Source of the DNA: Chitinophagales bacterium
GTDB lineage: Bacteria; Bacteroidota; Bacteroidia; Chitinophagales; JADJOU01
Direction: 5' to 3'
NCBI GenBank assembly: GCA_040383345.1
Contig: JBEIDU010000003.1
Span: 8,336 to 72,335 of the forward strand
Length of the DNA stretch: 64,000 nt
Shown here: positions 27,973 through 37,165 of the stretch, piece after piece
Numbering within the stretch: position 1 is the stretch's first letter
Layout: every line of letters begins with the position of its first letter
Made by a program: the position numbers and the translations under genes
The notes under the pieces: model-generated
Told to the model about the DNA's origin: nothing
Seen by the model: the letters and a program-made list of their open reading frames with translations, nothing else
Databases searched by the model: none

Positions 27973-30900
27973 TTATTCCTCTACAACCAATCGAGAAGAT
28001 CGTTTTTTTGGTTCAGGTGATTTAGCCGCAGGAGTTTCTAATGTCTTTTGAGAAGACGTATTAACTGGAGTGGATGCTGAAGTTGAAGAAGGAGACACTG
28101 TTGTTGAAGGGGGTGCTGAAGATTTTATGGGTGCAGATACGGAAGATGTACTCGTTTTAGTTGGTGTAGGTGATGTGGTCACTGTCTTTTGAGGAAGAAT
28201 CGCATTTGCCTTAGCCTTCATGTCTTCTTCCATTTTTTTGTTTAATATAGCTGTTTTGGCATCTTCAGTAGCTTTTACACCAATTTCTTTTATCATAGGA
28301 GCGGGGGCTATTGATTTAGAATTATTAACTACATTATTAGCTGTACTTTTAATATTAACAGCGGTTTTATTGATTAAATTTGAAGATTTGGGAACATCAT
28401 TTACTTTTGGCAATTCCTCACTAGAAGCTTTTGGCACAGTTATATCTTCTATGATATTTTTCTTTTCATTTTTTGGTTTACTCATTTGTCTTGCTATCGC
28501 AATAGAATCTAAAAATTCTTTTCTTGAAATAGGGTCGTAATTTTCAAGAATTTTCTCAAAAGTTTTTTCATCGTCTTTTGTTATCATTACAACTCTTGCC
28601 AATAATTCTTTAGACTCATCGCTTTGTGGTGTAAAGATTCTATCTTTGGCTCTTTCTTCAGGTGTTCTTGTGTCAGGCAATTTTGAAGGAGGATCGTTAG
28701 ATACAATTTGTCCATTAATGATATTTATACTATTTTTTTCAGATTCAAAAGCTGCTTTTTGAGCGGCCAATATAGCTTCTCTCTTTCGTTCTTTTTCAAA
28801 CGCATAAAATAGACTATCTTTTAAATAATCTTCTCTAGTATATTCTTTATCCAGCTTTGGCTTTGGAAGTTGAACTGTTTCTCTGCCTTTTATAGGTTCT
28901 ATTTTTGCTGGACCTTCATTTTTAGTTAATGCGTTTTTTGCGGTTTCTTTAGCTTTAGCTAGGTCTATTTTTTTAGTTTCTTTTAACTCTTGGATAGCTA
29001 TTTTTGTTTCTGATGTAGTCGCTTGTTTTTCTTCAGATTTGCTTACAGATAATTGATCTATATCTATTTTGTTTGAAGTCTGATTTTTATTAATTCGATC
29101 TAAATTTTGAGAATTGTTTTTCATTTTTGCAATCTCTCTTTCCATCTGAGGATTTTGCATCAAATTGTCAACAGCAGGTTTTTGAATATTTGTAGCTATC
29201 GACTCTTCTTTCACTATTTTAGCTTCTTTATCAGCTATTTCTTTTTTTGCTTTAGCCTCCTTTTCTTTTGCAATAAGTGCATCTCTATCTGCTTTTTCTT
29301 TTGCCAACTTTTCTTCTAATTCTTTTTTAGCTTTTGCTAATTGAGCTTCTTTAGCTATTCTTGCTTCTTTATCGGCTAATTCTTTTTTGGCTTTAGCTTC
29401 CTTTTCTTTTGCAATAAGTGCATCTCTATCTGCTTTTTCTTTTGCCAATTTTTCTTCTAATTCTTTTTTAGCTTTTACTAATTGAGCTTCTTTCGCTATT
29501 TTAGCTTCTTTTTGCTTTGCAATAAGTGCATCTCTATCTGCTTTTTCTTTTGCCAACTTTTCTTCTAATTCTCTTTTAGCTTTTGCTAATTGAGCTTCTT
29601 TAGCTAGCTCTGCTTTTATAGCTTCTTTTTCTTTAATTTTTTTATCCAAAGCTAGCAACTCTTCATTACTAGCTTTCACAATCACATTATTTTTCATTTC
29701 AGGTTTAATTAATTTAGCTTTTGCCTTTTCTTTCTCCAGCTTAGCTAATTCCATAGTTTTATTAACTTCAGATCTTTTTATTGAATCTTCTATGCGTTTT
29801 TTATTTTCTTTAGTTTTAATTGCTAATAAATTAGCATTTTTTATAGAATCTAATTTTTCTTTTTGTGCTTTTGTTAAATTTGCAGTAATATTTTTTTCTT
29901 TTTCAGTCTTCTCTCTTGCTAATTGCGCCTCTTTTTCTTTGATAGATTGAATACTATCCATCATTTTTCTCTTCTCGTCTTCTTTTGATTTTTTAATTGC
30001 CATTTCCATGGAAGCTTTTCTTTCTGCTTCTGTTTTAGCGTCTAATGGAGGATTTGATGTTTTTACGCCTAAAACTGCCATGGCATTATCGAGTTCTTTG
30101 TTATTAGCTACAGGAGGTTCGGGTTTTTTAAATTCTTCTTTTGGTTTTTCTTCAATTACTGTTTTAGTCTTTTCCACCACGATAGGCTTTTCAATTACCT
30201 TTTCAATTTTTGGCTCTACTTTTATCGTATTGCTAGCATATTCAGATGTTGTGCTTTCAATTTTTGCTGGTTTATATTTATCATCTTCTTTTACTGCAGA
30301 ATAGGGTTTTTGTTGTTTGTTTAAGGATTCATCTTTAGCAATATTTGAGGCAATAGCATCAACCTTCAAAGGCAAATTGCCAGGAGTTACTTCTTTCCCT
30401 TCTATAATAGCGTCAAAATCAGTATAAAATTTATCGAGAACCCTTCGCATTCCTATCCACATTGCATAGTTAGTACCTTCTAAATAGTCCGTATAATAGG
30501 CATCTTGCCAATCGATTTCCCCTTTTGTAAAAAAATAAAAATCATCATAAGCTTTTTCAAGGAGAGTTGTATTTTCTTTCACCAACTTCATATTGATACG
30601 GGTGTAAATTTTATAGCCTTTTGGATCATAAATAAAATTGGGGTAATGAACCTCTATGGAAGGGCTTAAAATATATGAGGCACCCGATTTTGTTGGTAAT
30701 AAAGTATATTTAAAATTTTGAAAATCTTGATTAATTTTTTCTTTAAAATTATGCTTGTATGGAAATGTCCAAAAGTCACGAATAAGCTCTACTTTTATGG
30801 AATCGTTGATTTGCTTATTCCAATTGTTGGGTCTATTATCTACTAAGTCTGCAATATAAAGAGGATCACGCTTTTCGCTTTTCAGTTGATATTGTGTTTT

Positions 30901-31008
30901 ATTATAAAAAGCAGATTGTGTATTGCCTTTCAAAGCCGTTTTTAAAGGATTTTGTGCAATAGACAACATGAAACTCGATGCAAATAATATGCTTAATGTG
31001 TACTTCAT
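27973..31008 (-). CDS. large secreted Lys/Glu/Ala-rich coiled-coil repeat protein, function unknown
   Basis: 1011 aa. Signal peptide MKYTLSILFASSFMLSIAQ, a ~210-aa globular N-domain, ~400 aa of charged heptad-like sequence including three near-identical repeats, then a Ser/Thr/Pro-rich C-terminus. There is no T9SS CTD. Confidence 0.85.
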   Translation of the reverse strand: MKYTLSILFASSFMLSIAQNPLKTALKGNTQSAFYNKTQYQLKSEKRDPLYIADLVDNRPNNWNKQINDSIKVELIRDFWTFPYKHNFKEKINQDFQNFKYTLLPTKSGASYILSPSIEVHYPNFIYDPKGYKIYTRINMKLVKENTTLLEKAYDDFYFFTKGEIDWQDAYYTDYLEGTNYAMWIGMRRVLDKFYTDFDAIIEGKEVTPGNLPLKVDAIASNIAKDESLNKQQKPYSAVKEDDKYKPAKIESTTSEYASNTIKVEPKIEKVIEKPIVVEKTKTVIEEKPKEEFKKPEPPVANNKELDNAMAVLGVKTSNPPLDAKTEAERKASMEMAIKKSKEDEKRKMMDSIQSIKEKEAQLAREKTEKEKNITANLTKAQKEKLDSIKNANLLAIKTKENKKRIEDSIKRSEVNKTMELAKLEKEKAKAKLIKPEMKNNVIVKASNEELLALDKKIKEKEAIKAELAKEAQLAKAKRELEEKLAKEKADRDALIAKQKEAKIAKEAQLVKAKKELEEKLAKEKADRDALIAKEKEAKAKKELADKEARIAKEAQLAKAKKELEEKLAKEKADRDALIAKEKEAKAKKEIADKEAKIVKEESIATNIQKPAVDNLMQNPQMEREIAKMKNNSQNLDRINKNQTSNKIDIDQLSVSKSEEKQATTSETKIAIQELKETKKIDLAKAKETAKNALTKNEGPAKIEPIKGRETVQLPKPKLDKEYTREDYLKDSLFYAFEKERKREAILAAQKAAFESEKNSINIINGQIVSNDPPSKLPDTRTPEERAKDRIFTPQSDESKELLARVVMITKDDEKTFEKILENYDPISRKEFLDSIAIARQMSKPKNEKKNIIEDITVPKASSEELPKVNDVPKSSNLINKTAVNIKSTANNVVNNSKSIAPAPMIKEIGVKATEDAKTAILNKKMEEDMKAKANAILPQKTVTTSPTPTKTSTSSVSAPIKSSAPPSTTVSPSSTSASTPVNTSSQKTLETPAAKSPEPKKRSSRLVVEE
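29221..29600 (-). repeat. in-frame tandem coding repeat (three copies, periods 141 and 108 bp, plus partial flanks)
   Basis: The core gcaataagtgcatctctatctgctttttcttttgccaa recurs at 29270, 29411 and 29519. Unit boundaries (agcttcttt...gctaattg) fall at 29344, 29485 and 29593. The encoded unit is AKEAQLAKAKKELEEKLAKEKADRDALIAKEKEAK(AKKELADKEARI). Confidence 0.9.
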
Positions 31009-31043
31009 ATCTTTTGAAGACTTTTAAGATTTGATTAAAGTGT

Positions 31044-31051
31044 CAAAATTA
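31044..31051 (-). promoter_or_regulatory. -7 promoter box for the 1011-aa repeat protein
   Basis: Plus-strand caaaatta is TAATTTTG on the minus strand, 35 nt upstream of the start at 31008. Confidence 0.55.
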
Positions 31052-31161
31052 GTATATTTTTTATAATTTACAACTTATTTTTAAAAATATCTGTTAAAAC
31101 TAATTTTTCTTTTGTAAAATTGCATAATTAATAATAAAAAAAGCGGCTTTTGCTCAAAATA

Positions 31162-32292
31162 ATGATATCTAAAATGCAATTATTTTTCTCCTCAAAAGAG
31201 TATAAACGATTTAAAAAAAATAGATTGGCCTTATTTGGTTTAGCTGTTATTATATTTTTTTTCTTTATATGTATTTTTGGATATATTTTAATTCCTGAAA
31301 ATTGTAAAGATGCAAATATTCAAAGGATTGACAGTAAGCTCAAAAATCCTGGATATTCAATAAATGTTATTCCTGTAGAATCCTTAAGTACATTTAAAAT
31401 TTCAGATAATTTTTTTGGGGCTGATAATGTCGAAAGTCCAGTTAGTATATTAGATAGCTTTTACATATCCGAGGATATGTTTTTCTATCAAAATAATTTT
31501 AAAGTATGGAAGTCTATCCCTTTATCCAAAATTTTAACTAAAGATGAATTGAACATTAAAGATAATAATAAGCTGCAAAATATTATCTCTTCAAAAATCA
31601 AAACGAGGACATTTCTATTGGGTACCGATAGTCTAGGAAGAGATGTCTATAGTCGTTTGATATTAGGTGCTAGAATTTCACTTTCGGTTGGGTTTATAGC
31701 AGTAATCATTTCCTTGATTATAGGTGTAATTTTAGGAATGTTATCGGGCTATTATGGCGGAAGAATCGATAAGGCTATTATGTGGGGAATCAATGTTTTT
31801 TGGTCTATACCTACCGTATTATTATCAATGGCTTTGCTGGTGGCTTTTCCATCGGAAAGCAAACATCAATATCTTATCGTTTTTGTGGCTGTAGGGCTTA
31901 CTATGTGGGTAGATACGGCTCGATTAATCAGAGGTCAATTTATGCAAATCAAACAAAAATCGTTTGTTGAAGCTACACAATCCCTTGGTTTTTCAGATTT
32001 TAGAATTATTTTTAAGCATATATTTCCCAATACCTTTACCACCTTAATTGTCATTACATCTTCAAATTTTGCTACGGCTATTTTGCTCGAATCGGGTTTG
32101 AGCTATCTTGGACTAGGCGTTCAGCCGCCTACCCCTTCTTGGGGTAGTATGATGCGTGAATATTTTGCGTTTATTGGTTCGGATTTATCGTATTTATCTA
32201 TCTTTCCCGGTTTGTGTATTTCGTTAGCTGTTTTTGCGTTTAATGCATTGGGAAATGGACTTCGCGATGCATTTGATATCAAAGGTTTATAG
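31162..32292 (+). CDS. ABC transporter permease (DppC/OppC-type), orphan
   Basis: BPD_transp_1 core with GTDSLGRDVYSRLILGARISL and an EAA-like loop. There is an unusually long (~115 aa) loop after TM1. The ORF is open from TTG 31150; ATG 31162 is preferred. Confidence 0.85.
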   Translation: MISKMQLFFSSKEYKRFKKNRLALFGLAVIIFFFFICIFGYILIPENCKDANIQRIDSKLKNPGYSINVIPVESLSTFKISDNFFGADNVESPVSILDSFYISEDMFFYQNNFKVWKSIPLSKILTKDELNIKDNNKLQNIISSKIKTRTFLLGTDSLGRDVYSRLILGARISLSVGFIAVIISLIIGVILGMLSGYYGGRIDKAIMWGINVFWSIPTVLLSMALLVAFPSESKHQYLIVFVAVGLTMWVDTARLIRGQFMQIKQKSFVEATQSLGFSDFRIIFKHIFPNTFTTLIVITSSNFATAILLESGLSYLGLGVQPPTPSWGSMMREYFAFIGSDLSYLSIFPGLCISLAVFAFNALGNGLRDAFDIKGL

Positions 32293-33495
32293 AAATAAAC
32301 ACATATTAAAGAATAAAATAATAAAGGCTATAGCATAAAGCAATATTTTTAGCCATTTGGGATTGACAAAAGTGCCCATTATTACTCTATTGGAGGTAAA
32401 ATATACTAGTGGAAATACCGCAAAACCTAATTGTAAGCTCAGTATCACTTGACTCAAAACCAACATATCCATCGTTTTTTCTTCACCAAAAAAATGGAGA
32501 ATAATCCAAGAAGGCAAAATTGCTAAGCTTCTAGTAATCAACCTTCGAAGCCAAGGTTTTATTTTCAAATTCACAAAGCCTTCCATTACGATTTGACCAG
32601 CCATTGTTCCCGTAATAGTCGCATTTTGACCACTTGCCAGCAATGCTATGGCAAATAATATGCTTGCAAAACCAACCCCGAGCAATGGATTTAGTAGTTT
32701 GTAAGCATCCATAATATCTACTACTTCGTGCATACCATTTTTGTAGAAAGTGGCTGCCGCCAATATGAGAATACTCGCATTGATAAAAAATGCTATACTC
32801 AAAGACAACGTACTATCAATCGTACTGTAAAAAATGGATTTGGAACGATCTTCTTTTTTATGATTCTTTTTCACCAAAGCAGAATGTAAATAAAGATTAT
32901 GCGGCATAACGGTAGCACCTAGAATTCCAATCGCAATCCAGCGCATATTGGCATCCAAAATAAGTGATGTTTTGGGAATGAAGCCCATTATTATTTTTGA
33001 AAAAAGAGGCTCAGCCAAGTACAATTCAATTGAAAAACATAAAAAGATAATGGCAATGAGTCCCGCTACAAAATATTCTAACCATTTGTAGTATTTGTCA
33101 AACAAAAACAAAATGAAAAGAATGTCAATAGCCGTGATTAGAACGCCCCATTGCAGCGGAATTCCAAATAGAAGCTTGAGCGCAATAGCACTTCCAAGTA
33201 CTTCGGCTAAATCCATAGCGATGATACCAATTTCGGCCAAAATCCACAACGTAAAATTTACCGGTTTTGAATAATATCGTTTTGAAGCCTCCGCCAAATC
33301 CAATCCAGTAGCGATTCCCAATCGAATGGCTGCATGTTGCAAAAAAATGGCAAAAATATTCGAAATTAATATAACAAAAAGGAGCTGATATTCAAACTTG
33401 CTACCACCTGCAATGTCCGTAGCCCAATTTCCAGGGTCCATGTATCCAACCGCTACAAGAAATCCTGGCCCAAAATAACGCATTAATTTAGACAT
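32287..33495 (-). CDS. mntH: Nramp-family divalent metal (Mn2+/Fe2+) transporter
   Basis: 402 aa. Nramp signature GPGFLVAVGYMDPGNWATDIAGG with about 11 helices. Confidence 0.95.
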   Translation of the reverse strand: MSKLMRYFGPGFLVAVGYMDPGNWATDIAGGSKFEYQLLFVILISNIFAIFLQHAAIRLGIATGLDLAEASKRYYSKPVNFTLWILAEIGIIAMDLAEVLGSAIALKLLFGIPLQWGVLITAIDILFILFLFDKYYKWLEYFVAGLIAIIFLCFSIELYLAEPLFSKIIMGFIPKTSLILDANMRWIAIGILGATVMPHNLYLHSALVKKNHKKEDRSKSIFYSTIDSTLSLSIAFFINASILILAAATFYKNGMHEVVDIMDAYKLLNPLLGVGFASILFAIALLASGQNATITGTMAGQIVMEGFVNLKIKPWLRRLITRSLAILPSWIILHFFGEEKTMDMLVLSQVILSLQLGFAVFPLVYFTSNRVIMGTFVNPKWLKILLYAIAFIILFFNMCLFL

Positions 33496-33525
33496 ACTTA
33501 TATCTTATTTTGCACAATTTTTATG

Positions 33526-33533
33526 CAAAGCTA
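33526..33533 (-). promoter_or_regulatory. -7 promoter box for mntH
   Basis: Plus-strand caaagcta is TAGCTTTG on the minus strand, 30 nt upstream of the start at 33495. Confidence 0.55.
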
Positions 33534-33559
33534 AAAATATTTTTAGGAATGCCTAAAAA

Positions 33560-33997
33560 TTATTTTCGTTTTTTAGCAAAAAACTCTTGCATTAATGATT
33601 TGCAGGCTTGTTCTTCTATTCCCCCTATAATTTCTGTTTTGGGATGCAAAAGGGAAGGACTGTAAAGCGAAAATCCACATTTATCTTCTTTGGCGCCATA
33701 GACTACCGTGCCTATCTGAGACCAACGAAGTGCGCCCGCACACATAGCACAAGGCTCAATCGTAACATAAAGAGTACATTCTTTCAAATATTTTGAATTC
33801 ATAAATGAAAAAGCACTTGTCAATGCAATGATTTCCGCATGTGCTGTGCTATCGTTGAGCATTTGAGTTTGGTTATAACCTCTAGCTATAATTTGATTTT
33901 TTGCTACAACTATAGCACCAATAGGGATTTCATCGGCTTCAAAAGCCCGCAACGCCTCTTTCAACGCTTGATTCATAAAATGTGCATGGTCTATCAT
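33560..33997 (-). CDS. tadA: tRNA adenosine(34) deaminase
   Basis: 145 aa. CDA zinc motifs HAEIIAL and PCAMCAGAL. Confidence 0.95.
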   Translation of the reverse strand: MIDHAHFMNQALKEALRAFEADEIPIGAIVVAKNQIIARGYNQTQMLNDSTAHAEIIALTSAFSFMNSKYLKECTLYVTIEPCAMCAGALRWSQIGTVVYGAKEDKCGFSLYSPSLLHPKTEIIGGIEEQACKSLMQEFFAKKRK

Positions 33998-34033
33998 ATC
34001 TATTATTTATATGAAAAATTCATAATTTTTTTT

Positions 34034-35272
34034 TTATTTAATTCCATTCCAGCGCATTCTCTCGGGTTCGGTAACTGGAATTATTGGAAAATTTGGTTTT
34101 GTGATGGGTGGAGAAAAAAGTTTGTTGTTTTGTAAGATCTTTCCATTGTTTTCTGAAAAATCAATTTCAACGTCTTTGGAAGGAAATACGATTGGAGAAA
34201 GTCTATACTTCACTTTTGCCAATCCATGAAGGGTTTGTTTTTTTTGAAAAATGGCTGGAAACTCAAACAATACATCGCTCACCGTCCAGAATCCTTTGTT
34301 GTTTTTTTCAAAATGGACTTTTGCGTAATATTGTTTTACTTGAATTTTAATACCCAAAATCCATAGGATTAATTTGGTTTTGAAATTAAAGATAGAAATA
34401 TTTTCAATATTCTGATGCGCCATAATTTCAAATCCTAAAATGGCTTTGCTTTCCGTAGCGATATAAAGCGTGCTTGTAGTCACTAAGGTCTTTTTTAAAA
34501 AATGCTGAATCTCTATTTTTGCAACCTCTTGACTTTGATATATTTCGGTGTTGATGAAATTGTATTTTACCTCATACTTTGAATCAGGGGCGAGCAAATA
34601 GGTAAAAATTCTGTTTAGGATATTCGTCCCTTTGATATAGGTATACAGCGACAACTCGTTGAAATTCATACGATCTGCTACTCTTTTTCCTATGATTGTT
34701 TTTATTTTTTCTTTTGCAAAGCTATCTTCATAAGCTATGCTAGCGAGCAATTTTGTATTGCTATTGAGTAAATAGTAAGGACGTGTTTCGAGCATCCTAT
34801 TTTTCTGAAATTGATACAGCTGAAACTGTAATTCTTGTGCCTTAAAGGTCTTGCCCGATTCTATAAATTCCTCACGATACGTGCCGTTTTGATAAAATGA
34901 AAATGGGGCATGATTTTCCAAAACTTTTTGAAAGGCCTCTTCTATCATTGCTTTGGCATTGGTAGGCGAAATGGTAGTTCCCGATAGCGAAATATGAGCT
35001 CGAGAAAGAAAAAAAGTATCTTTGATTAATTTGAACGAAAAAGAGATGGGAACATAACTCAATGATTGCAACGAATATGTGCTGGATTCAGCCCCAAAAA
35101 AGGAAATTTTACCCTCTTTGTCTGAAGTGGCTATTACCTTTCCATTTTCAACTAATTTTGCGGCATAAATCGGTTTTTTATCCAAAGAATCTTTTACCCA
35201 AAAGTTCTTTTGCCCATAGAGCGACAAAACAATAAAACTGAAGAAAAATAATGAAAGACAACGTGTTTTCAA
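34034..35272 (-). CDS. secreted hypothetical protein with an N-terminal carboxypeptidase-regulatory-like domain
   Basis: 412 aa. After the signal peptide, the pattern WVKDSLDKKPIYAAKLVENGKVIATSDKEGKISF resembles the CarboxypepD_reg fold. The rest is unassigned. Confidence 0.5.
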   Translation of the reverse strand: MKTRCLSLFFFSFIVLSLYGQKNFWVKDSLDKKPIYAAKLVENGKVIATSDKEGKISFFGAESSTYSLQSLSYVPISFSFKLIKDTFFLSRAHISLSGTTISPTNAKAMIEEAFQKVLENHAPFSFYQNGTYREEFIESGKTFKAQELQFQLYQFQKNRMLETRPYYLLNSNTKLLASIAYEDSFAKEKIKTIIGKRVADRMNFNELSLYTYIKGTNILNRIFTYLLAPDSKYEVKYNFINTEIYQSQEVAKIEIQHFLKKTLVTTSTLYIATESKAILGFEIMAHQNIENISIFNFKTKLILWILGIKIQVKQYYAKVHFEKNNKGFWTVSDVLFEFPAIFQKKQTLHGLAKVKYRLSPIVFPSKDVEIDFSENNGKILQNNKLFSPPITKPNFPIIPVTEPERMRWNGIK

Positions 35273-35275
35273 GAT

Positions 35276-35659
35276 TTATTTTTCGGAACGATTGAGAGAA
35301 TGTATGATGAGTAATGCCCAGCCAAGCATCATCAGTACCCCGCCAATGGGCGTTGTGGGCCAGATAAATTTGAAATTGATATGATGCAATTCTTGAGTGG
35401 TCATCAGTAAATTGGATCCTGTAAAAAGAAGAATTCCGATAGTGAAAAACCATCCGGCTAGGTTCAATCTTTTTGAAATATGCTGGGTGGATAAATAAAT
35501 TAAAGGCACTAGATGAAAGAATAAATATTCTATTCCTACTCTGTAATTTGCATAGCGTTCGGGGTCAATCTTACCCTTGATGCCATGAGCGCCAAATGCA
35601 CCAAATGCAATACCAAAAAATCCGTATATGCAAGCTATTGTCAAAAATTTTCTCATCAT
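35276..35659 (-). CDS. DUF423 (YgdD/TMEM256-like) membrane protein
   Basis: 127 aa with four helices and the hallmark FGAFGAHG near the N-terminus. Confidence 0.85.
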   Translation of the reverse strand: MMRKFLTIACIYGFFGIAFGAFGAHGIKGKIDPERYANYRVGIEYLFFHLVPLIYLSTQHISKRLNLAGWFFTIGILLFTGSNLLMTTQELHHINFKFIWPTTPIGGVLMMLGWALLIIHSLNRSEK

Positions 35660-35687
35660 TTAGAATTATACTCGTTCAAGTTAGAAG

Positions 35688-35695
35688 CAAAAATA
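35688..35695 (-). promoter_or_regulatory. -7 promoter box for the DUF423 / 412-aa protein / tadA unit
   Basis: Plus-strand caaaaata is TATTTTTG on the minus strand, 28 nt upstream of the start at 35659. Confidence 0.55.
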
Positions 35696-35780
35696 GATAC
35701 TTTGATAAAAAACAAGCCACTTATTTCAAACTATTGCATCGAATTGCTATTTTTTAGTTTATTTTGCAGAAAAAAAGGAA

Positions 35781-36518
35781 ATGTTTGGGTTTTTTAAGAA
35801 GAAAAAAGAAGAAATAAACATTGATTTTTCAAAAATAGGCGTTGATTTTCATTCTCATTTGGTGCCAAGTGTAGACGATGGCGTTGAAAAAATTGAAGAG
35901 GCAATAGAAATTATAAATTATCTAAAATCAATTGGTTATCAAAGAATCTATACGAGTCCTCATGTCATGCAAGAAGGATTTGTGAATACAAAAAATGGAC
36001 TAGAATCCGTTTTTAATTCGCATTTTGATGCCTACAATCAAGTATTGCCTACGTCACTTATTGCAGAATATTTTGTAGATGAAGCTTTTGTGAAATTAGT
36101 AACACAAAAGGATTTACTTACTTTTGGTCAAAATTATATCTTGATAGAAACCTCCATGAATTATGATTTTCCTATCTTCAACGAAGCCCTTTTCAAATTA
36201 CAAACGCAAGGCTACAATCCTATTTTGGCACACCCTGAGCGGTATTCTTTTCTGTATGAAGAACAAAATTATATAGAAAAATATGAAGACCTCAAAGAGC
36301 GAGGCATTTTATTTCAGCTCAATCTTTTTTCGTTGGTAGGTTTGTATGGACAAAAAGTACAAAAAGTAGCAGAAACACTTATCGATCATCAACTCTATGA
36401 TTTGGTAAGTTCGGATATTCACAAGGTAGGTCAATTGAAATTATTTGAAAAATTGAGACAATCCGAATATCTCCACAAATTAATCGAATCAGGAAATTTG
36501 AGGAATCTAGAATTTTAA
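35781..36518 (+). CDS. PHP-family protein-tyrosine phosphatase (CpsB/CapC-like)
   Basis: 245 aa. Metal-binding N-terminal motif VDFHSHLVPSVDDG and AHPERY. Confidence 0.85.
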   Translation: MFGFFKKKKEEINIDFSKIGVDFHSHLVPSVDDGVEKIEEAIEIINYLKSIGYQRIYTSPHVMQEGFVNTKNGLESVFNSHFDAYNQVLPTSLIAEYFVDEAFVKLVTQKDLLTFGQNYILIETSMNYDFPIFNEALFKLQTQGYNPILAHPERYSFLYEEQNYIEKYEDLKERGILFQLNLFSLVGLYGQKVQKVAETLIDHQLYDLVSSDIHKVGQLKLFEKLRQSEYLHKLIESGNLRNLEF

Positions 36519-36569
36519 GATTCTTTGCTAGACAAGGTGTTTTCTACCTCCTTTTTATCATATTTTTTT

Positions 36570-36577
36570 TATTTTTG
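36570..36577 (+). promoter_or_regulatory. -7 promoter box for rfbC-rfbD-cysQ-wzi-like unit
   Basis: TATTTTTG, 18 nt upstream of ATG 36596. Confidence 0.55.
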
Positions 36578-36595
36578 TTCGTTTAACAAATAAAT

Positions 36596-37156
36596 ATGCA
36601 AGTTTTAGAAACCGCAATCCCTGAGGTTATACTTTTTCAACCCAGAAAATTTGATGACCCACGGGGTTATTTTTTTGAATCGTTTAATAAAGAAACCTTT
36701 GCTGCAATTGGTATTACCCAAAATTTTGTTCAAGACAATCAATCCAAATCCACAAGAGGCGTTTTGAGAGGCTTGCATTATCAAACGGGAGAACATGCAC
36801 AAGCTAAATTGGTGCGTGTATTGGAAGGCGAAGTGCTGGATGTGGCGGTAGATATTCGCAAAGGTTCACCTACATTTGGGAAGCATGTAGCGGCTATTCT
36901 TTCGGCTGAAAATAATCGTCAAATGCTCGTTCCAAGAGGTTTTGCGCATGGTTTTGTAGTATTGAGTCCTACCGCAACTTTTTTCTATAAATGTGATAAT
37001 TTGTATAATAAAGAAAGCGAAGGAGGCATAATTTGGAACGATCCAGCTATAGGAATTGATTGGAAAATAGACTTAAATGAAGTATTATTATCCGAAAAAG
37101 ATGCTATCTTGCCTACTTTGGAAGTGTGTAGAAATGATTTTGAATACAAGAAATAA
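36596..37156 (+). CDS. rfbC: dTDP-4-dehydrorhamnose 3,5-epimerase
   Basis: 186 aa. Cupin with FxDxRGxF (FDDPRGYFFE), GVLRGLHYQ and RGFAHGF. Confidence 0.95.
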   Translation: MQVLETAIPEVILFQPRKFDDPRGYFFESFNKETFAAIGITQNFVQDNQSKSTRGVLRGLHYQTGEHAQAKLVRVLEGEVLDVAVDIRKGSPTFGKHVAAILSAENNRQMLVPRGFAHGFVVLSPTATFFYKCDNLYNKESEGGIIWNDPAIGIDWKIDLNEVLLSEKDAILPTLEVCRNDFEYKK

Positions 37157-37165
37157 AATTAATAG

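Noticed and set aside
29221-29600. Regularly spaced near-identical repeats that could at first glance suggest a CRISPR array.
   Set aside because: The units are 108-141 bp, contiguous with no unique spacers, lie in frame inside a 1011-aa ORF and encode a coiled-coil peptide repeat. No cas genes are present.
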